From Candidatus Heimdallarchaeota archaeon (GTDB lineage: Archaea; Asgardarchaeota; Heimdallarchaeia; JABLTI01), in assembly GCA_019058275.1 (NCBI GenBank), contig JAHLVW010000062.1:128001-192000 (forward strand): DNA of 64,000 nt. The letters are read 5' to 3'. Shown here piece by piece: positions 44,786 through 54,302 of the stretch. How positions within the stretch are numbered: the stretch's first letter is position 1; every line of letters starts with the position of its first letter. The translations under genes and the position numbers were made by a program. Below the pieces are notes generated by a model. It was given only the letters and a program-made list of their open reading frames with translations, did not search any database and was not told the DNA's origin.

Positions 44786-45451
44786 TTAAAAAAGCTTAAT
44801 TCTATCTCGAGGAATATTCACAGGTTTCATATGTGATGGAATCGCATAATCCCACTCAAAGTCTAGTATTTTGTTTAATGTTTTTAAATAAAGATCATAA
44901 TCATCATGGAATCTTTTGAACACAGGTTGGAGTCTGAAAAACATATGCATTATTGTATCCCCAAGGAAAAGTAATTTCTGTTTTTCAGCAAGTATGCAAA
45001 TGTGACCATAAGTATGCCCTGGTACATGAACAGCTCTTAATTGGAGTTCTTGGTCTATAATTTCATTATGTTCAACTAGTTTATTTGGTTTTATTGGGTC
45101 AATTTCTTGTTCTTCAATAAAGTATTTTGCTTCGTCTTTATGACAGATAATTTCAATACGTTCTAAAGGTGATTCGGGAGCACTTATTGTAGTTAGCTCA
45201 TAAATTAAAGTAGGTAATCCACCAGTATGATCTAAGTGTCTATGTGTAAAAACAATACGCTCAATCTTCTCTAGAGAGTCCCACCTCTTTCTTATCTTTT
45301 TTATAATTACAGAAATATCTTTCTCAAGTCCTGTATCAATTAAAGTTAGCATACCATTCTTCTTCTCTACAACAAAGATAGGAACTGAATAGATTCCTTT
45401 TCCAGAAACACTATACAAATCACTTGCGATTTCTTTTACCATGATAGTCAC
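44786..45451 (-). CDS. Metallo-beta-lactamase fold hydrolase
   Basis: LIDTG, THRHLDHTGG (HxHxDH), PGHTYGH, GD, PSH. Confidence 0.9.
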   Translation of the reverse strand: MTIMVKEIASDLYSVSGKGIYSVPIFVVEKKNGMLTLIDTGLEKDISVIIKKIRKRWDSLEKIERIVFTHRHLDHTGGLPTLIYELTTISAPESPLERIEIICHKDEAKYFIEEQEIDPIKPNKLVEHNEIIDQELQLRAVHVPGHTYGHICILAEKQKLLFLGDTIMHMFFRLQPVFKRFHDDYDLYLKTLNKILDFEWDYAIPSHMKPVNIPRDRIKLF

Positions 45452-45544
45452 CTAATTGATGTTAAAGGAATTCCTAACTCTTTTATTAATTTTCATAAAG
45501 AAATAAAGTATTCTAAAAAGGAAGAACCTCAAAAAATGAAAGAA

Positions 45545-45576
45545 GAAGAATGATCGGTCTTAAGCAATCATTCTTC
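45545..45576 (-). terminator. Hairpin terminator after the peptide-binding protein gene
   Basis: GAAGAATGAT-N12-ATCATTCTTC inverted repeat followed on the minus strand by a T-rich tract. Confidence 0.55.
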
Positions 45577-45599
45577 ATGATTGAAAGATAATTGATCTA

Positions 45600-47384
45600 C
45601 TATTTTCTCTTTTTTAAGAAGAAAATTTGAGTTGCACCTGCTAAAGCAAGAATGCTGATAACTGCGACTAGTCCTACACCAGTTGTTTCGGTTGTTGTTG
45701 TTAAATCAAAACCAGCAGCTTCTATTTGTTCTAAAGCAAGATTAATACTATATTCATATGGTTCTAATGATTCATCAAAACCGATTGATACTTTTGGCCA
45801 GTGAGTTACTCCTGGGTAACCCATACCATCAAGTATTTCATCGACAATGACTTGTCTTGGAACCAAATGACTAATAGCCTTTCGAATGTGTCTACCGGAT
45901 TCCTCACTTGCAATTGGACATAATTCACCTGTACCTATGTATGGATGAAGCATGTTTACACTCATTTCTTGGTTTCCAGGAGCAGCTACTAAGGAGTAAT
46001 CAATGCCGGAAACACCTTCTATGTCTGATCTTTGAACAAAGAATTCGGAATCAATGATATCAATTGCATCGCCTGCGAGAGCAGAAATGGCACCTTCTTT
46101 ATTGCTATAGAATTCAAAGTAAATATCTTCAAAGTTAGGATCTTCTCCATACCAATCTTTGAAGTATGGATTTCTCTCCAAATGAACTACTCCATTTGTA
46201 CCATCCCAATTCTCTAGGTAATAAGGACCGGTTCCCATGAGTTTATTAGGATCTGAAGTAGCCCAAGTAACAGCTTGAGTTGCGTGATCTTCTGGAGCAA
46301 TAGCACCCCAGATGTGTTCTGGAAGTAATTGAATTCCTAAATTACCATCTTGGAATACATAAGGTTGTAAGAAAGTTATGGTAAAATCATCATCATCAAT
46401 TTTCACAACAGAATCATTGTCCCAGTAAATAGTATTGAATGAATAGGTTGTATGACCTAAACTTTCAGTAGCACCTAATTGGTAAGTGTAGATAACATCA
46501 TCAGTTGTAACAGCTGTACCATCTGCCCATTTAGCATTGGCTACAAGCTTGCAGTTATATGTTAAACCATCAGAGCTACTAATATCTTCAATCAAACGTG
46601 GAGTAAAAGCTCGATCAGCTAAAACAGATCGTTCAACCAATGCACCATAGATTTGAGTCAACCATTGAGCATCATAAGTTGATTCAATTAAATAAGGATG
46701 AAAATCAACAAAGTCAGCAGGAACTGCGAAATGCAATTCAGTAGCACTACCTAATGACCAGTTCTCCATTGGTTGATAAGCAGAAGCCCATAAAAGTGGA
46801 TCCCAGCCATCTAAAACTGGATCATGAGCGTAGAGATTAACGTTGTAGACGATACAAATGCTTGGTTGATCATCATAAAGAATTTCTTGAATTTCTTCAC
46901 CATAATGCATACGATCTGCCCATGCAAAAGATTGTGAATAATTTCCAACAGCCCAATCAAATTCTTGATTGTTATATTGATAATAATTACCACCATATGG
47001 TGTAATTCCATCAGAAGTAAAAAGTCCTGTTGGATCAAAATCAAGTCCCCAACCATAACCTATGAAAAGAATGTCAAATCCACCCTCAGCATAACTTGGT
47101 ATTGGGTATGGACCTGGATGATTCCATGTCCTTGGACCGATTTGTGCCCATCCTGTGTGGTCAAAAACATCAACAGCAATACCTATTTTTGGTAATTGTT
47201 CTACCATCAAAGTTGACCATTGATTTCTTGCAGGATTGGTATTTGGCGCAAGAATACTTATTGAAAAGAATGGTCCTGGATTTGCTGCTTGAACAGGTGT
47301 TGAAATAACTGACATTAAACCTAAGCATGTCAATAAAGCTAACGGAAGGAACATTCTTTTTAAATCCTTCTTGATTAATTTCAT
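45600..47384 (-). CDS. ABC transporter substrate-binding protein, family 5 (oligopeptide/dipeptide, OppA/DppA-like), C-terminally anchored
   Basis: KWADGTAVTTDDVIYT, MGTGPYYL, LERNPY, IRKAISH; signal peptide, T-rich linker, TM + KKRK; no permease nearby. Confidence 0.85.
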   Translation of the reverse strand: MKLIKKDLKRMFLPLALLTCLGLMSVISTPVQAANPGPFFSISILAPNTNPARNQWSTLMVEQLPKIGIAVDVFDHTGWAQIGPRTWNHPGPYPIPSYAEGGFDILFIGYGWGLDFDPTGLFTSDGITPYGGNYYQYNNQEFDWAVGNYSQSFAWADRMHYGEEIQEILYDDQPSICIVYNVNLYAHDPVLDGWDPLLWASAYQPMENWSLGSATELHFAVPADFVDFHPYLIESTYDAQWLTQIYGALVERSVLADRAFTPRLIEDISSSDGLTYNCKLVANAKWADGTAVTTDDVIYTYQLGATESLGHTTYSFNTIYWDNDSVVKIDDDDFTITFLQPYVFQDGNLGIQLLPEHIWGAIAPEDHATQAVTWATSDPNKLMGTGPYYLENWDGTNGVVHLERNPYFKDWYGEDPNFEDIYFEFYSNKEGAISALAGDAIDIIDSEFFVQRSDIEGVSGIDYSLVAAPGNQEMSVNMLHPYIGTGELCPIASEESGRHIRKAISHLVPRQVIVDEILDGMGYPGVTHWPKVSIGFDESLEPYEYSINLALEQIEAAGFDLTTTTETTGVGLVAVISILALAGATQIFFLKKRK

Positions 47385-47454
47385 TTTTTATACCTCTTAA
47401 ATGTAGGGATCTCTATTTGGGGTAGATTTCCCTACCCTATCTATCATTAATAGG

Positions 47455-47485
47455 ATATATAGGTGTTCTCATAACTTTGAGAACA
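47455..47485 (-). promoter_or_regulatory. Operator/promoter of the peptide-binding protein
   Basis: Minus strand TGTTCTCA-aagtta-TGAGAACA-c-CTATATAT (8-bp perfect inverted repeat next to TATA); a degenerate second site TTCTAA-N6-TGAGAA at 47510-47527. Confidence 0.75.
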
Positions 47486-47731
47486 TGCTCTACTTTATTT
47501 GTCACTATTTTCTAAACTTGTTGAGAATTTAATAATTTTTTACTTCTCAAACAATTTTGAATATTAAACAAGAAGATTAATGATAGACGAAATAGTGTAG
47601 AAATAATTTTTTTCAATTTTGGTTAAGATTTTAACTAATTTCAATATGTAATGTTTAAAAAACTAGAACGCAATAAAGCTTATAGATAAAAAATAGTTTA
47701 CTAAAACAATTGATACTTTGGAGGATGTTAA

Positions 47732-48139
47732 ATGAACGCTTATGATCCAAGAGTTTCTCATTATAGTCGAACAGTTGCATTATTGCTCTGTTGGTTTCTA
47801 GGTGGTTATGGAGCTCATAGGTTTTACGTGGGTAAAGTAGTCTCTGGTTTCTTATGGTTATGCACCGGTGGTCTTTTTGGAATTGGTTGGATAATTGATC
47901 TAATTATGATTGCAACTGGCAGTTTTACTGATGATCATGGGAGAGTCGTCTATAGTTGGGATGGTGGAACACCTCAACCAGCACAAAGAACTGGTCCACC
48001 TCCACAACATGCACAACAACCAAGACCTATTCCTGAACCTGAGAAAAAGAGCACAACTGCTTTTTGTAGTACTTGTGGTGCAGTGGTTGATCGTAGTGAA
48101 ACATATTGCAAACATTGTGGTGCTCAAGTTTTGAATTAA
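47732..48139 (+). CDS. TM2 domain protein with C-terminal zinc ribbon
   Basis: [18 protein letters not shown]...[12 protein letters not shown]; CSTCG...CKHCG. Confidence 0.9.
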   Translation: MNAYDPRVSHYSRTVALLLCWFLGGYGAHRFYVGKVVSGFLWLCTGGLFGIGWIIDLIMIATGSFTDDHGRVVYSWDGGTPQPAQRTGPPPQHAQQPRPIPEPEKKSTTAFCSTCGAVVDRSETYCKHCGAQVLN

Positions 48140-48273
48140 AACACCACAATTCATTTTTATTTTTTTTTGTGATATTTTTTCATAAGCATCCGATTTTTAC
48201 GCTCATAATTGGAATATAATATAAACACGAAAAAACGTTAGTATATTATGCTTAAAATTTTGAGGGTGGTATT

Positions 48274-49340
48274 TTGAAGTTGAAATTTATTGGAATATTT
48301 TTGATTATTTTTTCCTTAACAATTTCATATCCATGTATATCATCACATTCACAACCTGGAAATGAGCCATCTCTCATTAAACCAAAGGCTTTTGCTTTTA
48401 ATGCGAATCATTTAGTAGTGAACCAAGTTAGATTTAATATTATACCAGATTCAGCAATAATTAATGCTAAGAATACTTTACATATAGCATATGGTCATAC
48501 ATCACATGGAAGTCAAATTATAACAGGTATGAATGACTTGCCTGCCTACAAAGAAAGTTTAGGTGGAACCGAAGGGTTATATGATTGGAATGAAGGGGGA
48601 ATTGATGGAGCTTTAGATATAGATGATTACTTTGTTTCAGGTGATTTGGGTAATCCGGACATAAGTTCTTGGACGGAAAGAACTGAAGAATATCTCAACA
48701 ATTCAGCAAATTCAGATGTCAATGTAGTTATGTGGTCATGGTGTGGACAAGTATCTACAGCGACTGAAGCTGACATTGATTTATACCTTAGTCTTATGAC
48801 TGCTTTAGACTTTAGAATTATATCCAGATGTTTATTTTATTTATATGACTGAGCATACAGATGGAACTGGATTAGATGGTAATTTACATATTCGCAATAA
48901 TCAAATACGAGCTTATTGTGAAGCAAATTATAAGATTCTCTTTGACTTTGCTGATTTAGAATCATGATCCTGATGGCAATTATTTTGGTAATAGGAATTG
49001 TACTGATAATTGTGATTATGACGCAAATGATGATGATAATCCTTGGAATGATGGAGCTAATTGGGTTACTGAGTGGCAAAATGAAAATCCAGATGATTGG
49101 TATGATTGCTCTTCAGCTCACAGTCAACCTTTAAATGCAAATATGAAAGTCTATGCTACCTGGTGGCTATAGGCTAGTTTAACAGGTTGGTCTGATCCAT
49201 CTATCACTCCTACACCAAATCCCACTCCAACACCAACTGACGAAACACCAATGTTTGGTGGAGTTATTGGTTTAGCTATTTTTTCTTCATTTATTTTTAT
49301 AACAATTATACTAAGAAGAAATCTAAACAAAAACAAATAA
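48274..49340 (+). pseudogene. Secreted SGNH-hydrolase-like protein with PT linker and TM anchor, disrupted
   Basis: AYGHTSHGSQ, VMWSWCGQ; continues after frameshifts (RNNQIRAYC..LFDFADLES, CSSAHSQPLN..KVYATWWL*) to TPTPNPTPT...TM-RR. Confidence 0.6.
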
Positions 49341-49416
49341 AAATAGTATAATACGTAGTATCAAAGAACTCGTGAGAAAAAACACTCACTTGTTTCTTAT
49401 CTTTCTTTAATTGCTA

Positions 49417-50040
49417 TTATTGACAACACTGATTAATTTCATCTGGAATATCAATGTTAAGACTAATTGCTAACCAACTAACAAACTCTTTGACAAAATT
49501 AATTTTTTTCATATCTAAAACAGTAAATTCCTCTAAGGTTTCAGAGTCAGCATTTGAAATTAAATCAATAAAAACCTTATTTCTTTCTGCATTTAGTTTA
49601 TTGCCAAGCTTAGCCAATTTTATTGCAGATAATTCTTTGCCCTTAAAGAGATTTTTCAAAAGTGATAAAGCTACTATATATTCTGGACATGCAACACCTT
49701 CTGGACATTCTTTACAAGCTTTTGTTAGAAATACCTTAGCTGATCTCAAGTAAATTGTCTCACTAATAAGATCACTTTCATCTATTGATGTAATTCGCTT
49801 TCCTGCTTTTGCTACCAATTTTAATTTTAGAAGCTTATTTAAATAACGATAAATTGATTTTTCAGACTTCTCCATATCAAGCTTTTTGAAAGCTTGAACT
49901 AAATCACTAATAGACATTGGACTTTTTGATAAGAATTTCACTGTATATACTAAGTTTTGATCATTAAAACTTTCAAATTGCTCCTTGCTTAATATTAAAA
50001 CTGCCTTTTGTTTATATGTTATTGCTTCTTGTTTTAACAT
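49417..50040 (-). CDS. Winged-helix (ArsR-like) transcriptional regulator, paralog R2
   Basis: Shares ITYKQ, KS.KSIYRYL, VAKAGKRITS, SETIY.R.AK.FL, WLA and terminal CC with R1; GGAGG SD. Confidence 0.8.
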   Translation of the reverse strand: MLKQEAITYKQKAVLILSKEQFESFNDQNLVYTVKFLSKSPMSISDLVQAFKKLDMEKSEKSIYRYLNKLLKLKLVAKAGKRITSIDESDLISETIYLRSAKVFLTKACKECPEGVACPEYIVALSLLKNLFKGKELSAIKLAKLGNKLNAERNKVFIDLISNADSETLEEFTVLDMKKINFVKEFVSWLAISLNIDIPDEINQCCQ

Positions 50041-50131
50041 TATTAAACCTCCTTTTTTGTGTTTATTTTCAATACTATTAATATAATTCTTAGTTTTAAG
50101 TAATTATCGGTCTCAATAATATAAAAATCTT

Positions 50132-50173
50132 TTCTCAATTGTATGAGAAAACTTATATAAATTCATGAGAATA
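50132..50173 (+). promoter_or_regulatory. Operator/promoter P-B (bidirectional)
   Basis: TTCTCA-attgta-TGAGAA-aac-TTATATA-aattca-TGAGAATA; the minus strand also shows palindrome-TTTTATA-TGAGAC toward R2. Confidence 0.8.
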
Positions 50174-50209
50174 GTTTCCTAGAAGTTTGATAAAAAAGAG
50201 GTGACAAAA

Positions 50210-50296
50210 ATGCGACATGAAAAGAAAATCAAACGAATAATAAAGAAAGAACAAGAAAACGCAAGAATAAAATTTGCATTATATACAGACAGGTAA
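50210..50296 (+). CDS. Small peptide B (28 aa)
   Basis: GAGGTGA SD; MRHEKKIKRIIKKEQENARIKFALYTDR*; hairpin AGGTAAATA...TATTTGCCT over the stop. Confidence 0.75.
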   Translation: MRHEKKIKRIIKKEQENARIKFALYTDR

Positions 50297-50634
50297 ATAT
50301 TTGGTCTAGTACGACAATTATTTGCCTAAAAACTTACTAACCTGTTTTCTAATAAAAAAAGGCAAAAAATGATTCTTGCGAAAAACTAATTCTAAAAAAA
50401 TTCTTTGCTTAAGTGTATGATGGATCTATATAATTAGATAGTATTGTGTCTTATTTGAATCATGGTTCTTTCCAATCATCTTTTCTTTCTTTATTCAATG
50501 ATTCCTTATGCTTATCAGCTAATATGTTATACTTTTCAAAGAATATTTCTCATACGCGTTAAAAAGCTTTCTCAGTGCTTACAAATATTATTCTTATATG
50601 TTTAAATATATAGTCTCTTAATCATAAACACATA

Positions 50635-50677
50635 TTCTCACTATGATGAGAAATATTTATATACTAGTATGAGAATA
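50635..50677 (+). promoter_or_regulatory. Operator/promoter P-C
   Basis: TTCTCA-ctatga-TGAGAA-ata-TTTATATA-ctagta-TGAGAATA. Confidence 0.8.
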
Positions 50678-50713
50678 ATTTCCTAAGGATGTAGACAAAA
50701 TATGGGTGATTTA

Positions 50714-50815
50714 ATGAAGAAAAACAAGAAATCCATAACAAGTAAAGACATTCAAAAGGAATTAGAAAAAGTCAAGATACTCTTGACTATGTATTATTCA
50801 GATGGATTGATTTAG
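50714..50815 (+). CDS. Small peptide C (33 aa)
   Basis: GGGTGA SD; MKKNKKSITSKDIQKELEKVKILLTMYYSDGLI*. Confidence 0.6.
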   Translation: MKKNKKSITSKDIQKELEKVKILLTMYYSDGLI

Positions 50816-50839
50816 CAAGATTCCAGGAGGGGATCACTA

Positions 50840-50911
50840 ATGAATGATAGAAAGAAAATAAAAGATCAAATCAAGAAGGAATTAATCTCTTCCAAAGAGA
50901 GTAGACAGTAA
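50840..50911 (+). CDS. Small peptide D (23 aa)
   Basis: AGGAGG SD; MNDRKKIKDQIKKELISSKESRQ*; IKDQIKK identical to peptide A. Confidence 0.55.
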   Translation: MNDRKKIKDQIKKELISSKESRQ

Positions 50912-50946
50912 AGATCGGCATAAAAAGTAGGTAGGATGGTCCCATA

Positions 50947-51036
50947 TTGAATAAACAAAAGAAAGCTTACAAACAAAAAATCCAAACAGATAAGGAAAAA
51001 ACCAGAATGAGATTCGCCCTATTAACAGGCAAATAA
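50947..51036 (+). CDS. Small peptide E (29 aa)
   Basis: Purine-rich SD-like region, TTG start; MNKQKKAYKQKIQTDKEKTRMRFALLTGK*. Confidence 0.7.
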   Translation: MNKQKKAYKQKIQTDKEKTRMRFALLTGK

Positions 51037-51071
51037 GAAGCGTTCCATCCATGAGGAACGTTTCTTTTTTC
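51035..51071 (+). terminator. Hairpin + U-tract terminator closing the C-D-E transcript
   Basis: AAGAAGCGTTCC-N8-GGAACGTTTCTT then TTTT. Confidence 0.7.
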
Positions 51072-51194
51072 TTGATCTTATTTTAACTTTGTAGCTTATT
51101 GTTTTAGCTTTTTAGAATTAATGTCTCTGATTTTCAATAGTATAAATTTTTAAGGGAAATTATCTATAATACTATTAGAATAGATGATTTTTTT

Positions 51195-52175
51195 ATGAAC
51201 TGTAAATTCAAGATTTTTATGTTGAATATTATAGTGGTTCTAGTACTTATTTTTGCTAATTTCTCACATTCAGATGCAGCAACGAGATCATGGGATGTAG
51301 GTGATTTGTTTTTATTTAGCTATTCAAATTATTCCTATGCAAACACTACTAATACTGACTTTGTTGTGAGCGATATATTAGTAGTTTCAATTAAAGAAGA
51401 AGGTACTTATAATATTACTCGAGTAGATTTAAGTAATAATACCTATGCTTCTATTTTTACTGGAGTTGCCGGTTCTGGTTCCAATTTATTGAATTATTTT
51501 GGTTGGGAAGAATTCACTAATTATCAATTAGATCCAAATAGCTTTTTCACAATCACTTATGATTGGGATTATGGACATAATGAAATCGTACTAACGTATT
51601 TCAACTTTGGATTAATAGAAAATTGGCCATTTATTGAACCACAGGGGATAGAATTAATTTATTCATGAGCGAGATGTTTAACGAATCTGAAATTGTTGAC
51701 ACAGTTGTTGATCCTTATGAACCTTTAATTCATAATATTACTTTTGGAGATTTCATGAGTAGTGTTGAATCCTTTAGTATTATGAATAAGAATACACTAG
51801 CAGAAGCTGAACTGCAATTCAAGAACAACACTCGAAAATGGACTTTTGAATTTGATCTTTCCAATGTTCTAATGGATTCTGTATATAACATCACATTAAG
51901 GTACGATGAATATTTATCCTTATCAATCAATAATCTACAATTTTGAGTACGAATATACCGATGGTGGAGTACTTGATCGTGTGTTCAGAACAACTACAAT
52001 GGATATAACAATTGAAAATCGATTGTTGCATGTCTACTTTGAACGAAAAATGGTTTCTGGTGATTTCAAATCATTAGAAGCAAATTATCCTTATCTTATG
52101 GTTTTACCAGTGATTTTCCTGATTATATTAGTAATCAAACGGACTAAATCAAAGAATAATGGGAGGATAAAATAA
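51195..52175 (+). pseudogene. Surface-protein array member 1 (two frameshifts)
   Basis: Fragments 51195-51668, 51665-51946, 51906-52175 concatenate to a paralog of 52176-53141 (YDWDYGHN, DPYEP..HN.T, WTFEFDLSN, GGVL). Confidence 0.75.
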
Positions 52176-53141
52176 ATGAGTAAGAAAATCAAATTAGTAA
52201 TCAGTTCACAAATGATACTATTTATATTTATAATAAGTACTAGTCAATTCTCTGTTGCAATGGACCCCTCATGGGAAGAAGGAGTTTTTTATCCTTTTAA
52301 TTTTGTCTTTATATATAAGCACCATCAGCATGATATGAAAAATGATATTTTTGATGAATATGAAATCGAAAACAAAGATGAATATGTTTTTAATATAACT
52401 TATATTGATAACTCAATGCAATGGTTTCATACTATTATCTTTGATTCTCATGGCACTAGTTCTGTGTGGCTTAACTATAACGTCGATGATTTTGCTGATA
52501 ATGTACTAACAATCAGTAATATGTTTGATGTAGATTATGAATGGGATTTTGAACATAATCAAACAGTTTTAACAGACTTTGATTTTCACTTTTTTCCATT
52601 ATATTTCATTGATCCAAATTGGACGACCTATAATAGTCGCTTTGCTGATGTTTTCAATGGCTCTGAAATCGTTGCTACTGTTGCAGATCCTTATGAACCA
52701 ATCACTCATAATTTTACTTTACAAGACGTTTTATCTTTAGCATCTGATTACTCAATCATGGGTCAAAATGATTTAGCGTTAGCAAAAGAGAAGTTTACTG
52801 ACAATAATATTAATTGGACATTTTATTTTGACTTCTCAAACGCTATTAAGGATAATGTCTTCAATACTTCTTTAGGTTTTGATAGTTACGTTCCATATGA
52901 AACATATACAATTGACTTAGGATTTGACTACTCCCCTGGAGGTATTCTTGACCAATTCCGATATAATTTTGTGTACGAAATTATAAAAGATGAAGTTTTT
53001 AGACATTATGAAGTTGTAGAAGAAGCAAATACTGGAGGATTTCCAACAGTAGAAACACCTGGCTTAACGTATTTATTGGCAATTCCTGCAATATTCACAA
53101 TAGTGTTAGTAGTAAAATACACAAAAAAGAGGAAGATGTAA
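52176..53141 (+). CDS. Acidic secreted surface protein, array member 2
   Basis: Signal peptide, DYEWD..N.TV...FDF, IDP.W, C-terminal TPG-TM-KKRK sorting-like tail. Confidence 0.8.
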   Translation: MSKKIKLVISSQMILFIFIISTSQFSVAMDPSWEEGVFYPFNFVFIYKHHQHDMKNDIFDEYEIENKDEYVFNITYIDNSMQWFHTIIFDSHGTSSVWLNYNVDDFADNVLTISNMFDVDYEWDFEHNQTVLTDFDFHFFPLYFIDPNWTTYNSRFADVFNGSEIVATVADPYEPITHNFTLQDVLSLASDYSIMGQNDLALAKEKFTDNNINWTFYFDFSNAIKDNVFNTSLGFDSYVPYETYTIDLGFDYSPGGILDQFRYNFVYEIIKDEVFRHYEVVEEANTGGFPTVETPGLTYLLAIPAIFTIVLVVKYTKKRKM

Positions 53142-53228
53142 TAATCTTCTTTTCTTTTTATTTTTTACTTCAACTTTTTATTAGGAAATTCTTATATGAA
53201 AACATTTGCCAGTCTATTTAGTAATGAG

Positions 53229-54224
53229 ATGAAACTCATGAGCCAAAAAAAGAGTATTTTGATGTTGACTAATTTTATTATTATAGCTCTTTTAGTAAGT
53301 AATGCAATAACAAGTATTGCTATTGAAAGAGAGTACAATGCAGGTAATATCTTTACATGGGGTTTCAATATAGAAGAAGTAATGACTAACACATACTTAG
53401 ATCTTGATCTAGTCTATATTAATGATGAAACTGACAGTGGTGATATCCAGCTAAATATCACTGCCATAGATACACTAACAAAAAACTATGAGGGTATCTG
53501 GTCAGATGATTCTGGAAGTGGTAGTCCTGGAACATATGATTATAGTTTGGATGATTTGGGAGATCGTTTTGAGACAGTGGACCTCTTTGATATTGATTGG
53601 GAATGGGACTATCTAAACAATGTTACTGTTCCAGGTGATTTTGATTTCATGCTTAATACACCATATCTAATGTGGCAAGTTTTTGATCATTCATATCTTA
53701 TCGATCCCAAATGGGGAGATATAAATGATGCAATATTTGCAGGATTCAATCTTACCTATCAAGTAGAGACCTTTTACAATCCATACAATGCAAATATCAC
53801 CTACAATTATACACTAGCTGATGTTTTTGATAATATTTCTTTCAAAATCATGGGTAAAGATACATTAGCTGATGCAGAAGCAAAATTCACTGATACAATT
53901 TACAAATGGAACTTTGTATTTGACTTGTCTGGATTCTTAATGGAAGAATACTGGAATGGTACTACAGACATTTACCAAGCCTATGAAACATATATTGTAA
54001 GTTTATCCCTCGAGTATTCTGAGGGGGGTGTATTACAAGAATTAGAACACACTACAACGACTCTAATAACAATTGATGGAATTCAAGAGGAAGTAAATTA
54101 TAAATTTAAGCTTGCTTTAGGTGGAATGAAATCAGCAACTGTTAATTTTGCAACAATTTCAGCAGTAATTGGTTTGTTTACAATAAGCATTGTAATAGTT
54201 GTAATCAGAAGAAGAAAGAGATAA
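53229..54224 (+). CDS. Acidic secreted surface protein, array member 3
   Basis: Paralog; start probably 53229/53238 because the ATG at 53196 lies in the promoter motif GGAAATTCTTATATGA. Confidence 0.8.
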   Translation: MKLMSQKKSILMLTNFIIIALLVSNAITSIAIEREYNAGNIFTWGFNIEEVMTNTYLDLDLVYINDETDSGDIQLNITAIDTLTKNYEGIWSDDSGSGSPGTYDYSLDDLGDRFETVDLFDIDWEWDYLNNVTVPGDFDFMLNTPYLMWQVFDHSYLIDPKWGDINDAIFAGFNLTYQVETFYNPYNANITYNYTLADVFDNISFKIMGKDTLADAEAKFTDTIYKWNFVFDLSGFLMEEYWNGTTDIYQAYETYIVSLSLEYSEGGVLQELEHTTTTLITIDGIQEEVNYKFKLALGGMKSATVNFATISAVIGLFTISIVIVVIRRRKR

Positions 54225-54302
54225 TCTCTTTTCTTCCTTTTTCTTTTATGACGGTTCGGAAATTCTTATATGACAATATCCTTTTTAGTCACTTGCTAAA
54301 AG

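Noticed and set aside
50318-50625. Minus-strand coding-like remnant (LRDYIFKHIRIIFVSTEKAF*RV*EIFFEKY...)
   Set aside because: Multiple stops, no start and no recognisable family; cannot be supported without a homology search
44453-51036. Peptides as RiPP precursors or HbYX proteasome activators
   Set aside because: No modifying enzymes (radical SAM, YcaO, Lan) nearby and no Cys/Ser-rich core; the C-termini lack a penultimate Tyr
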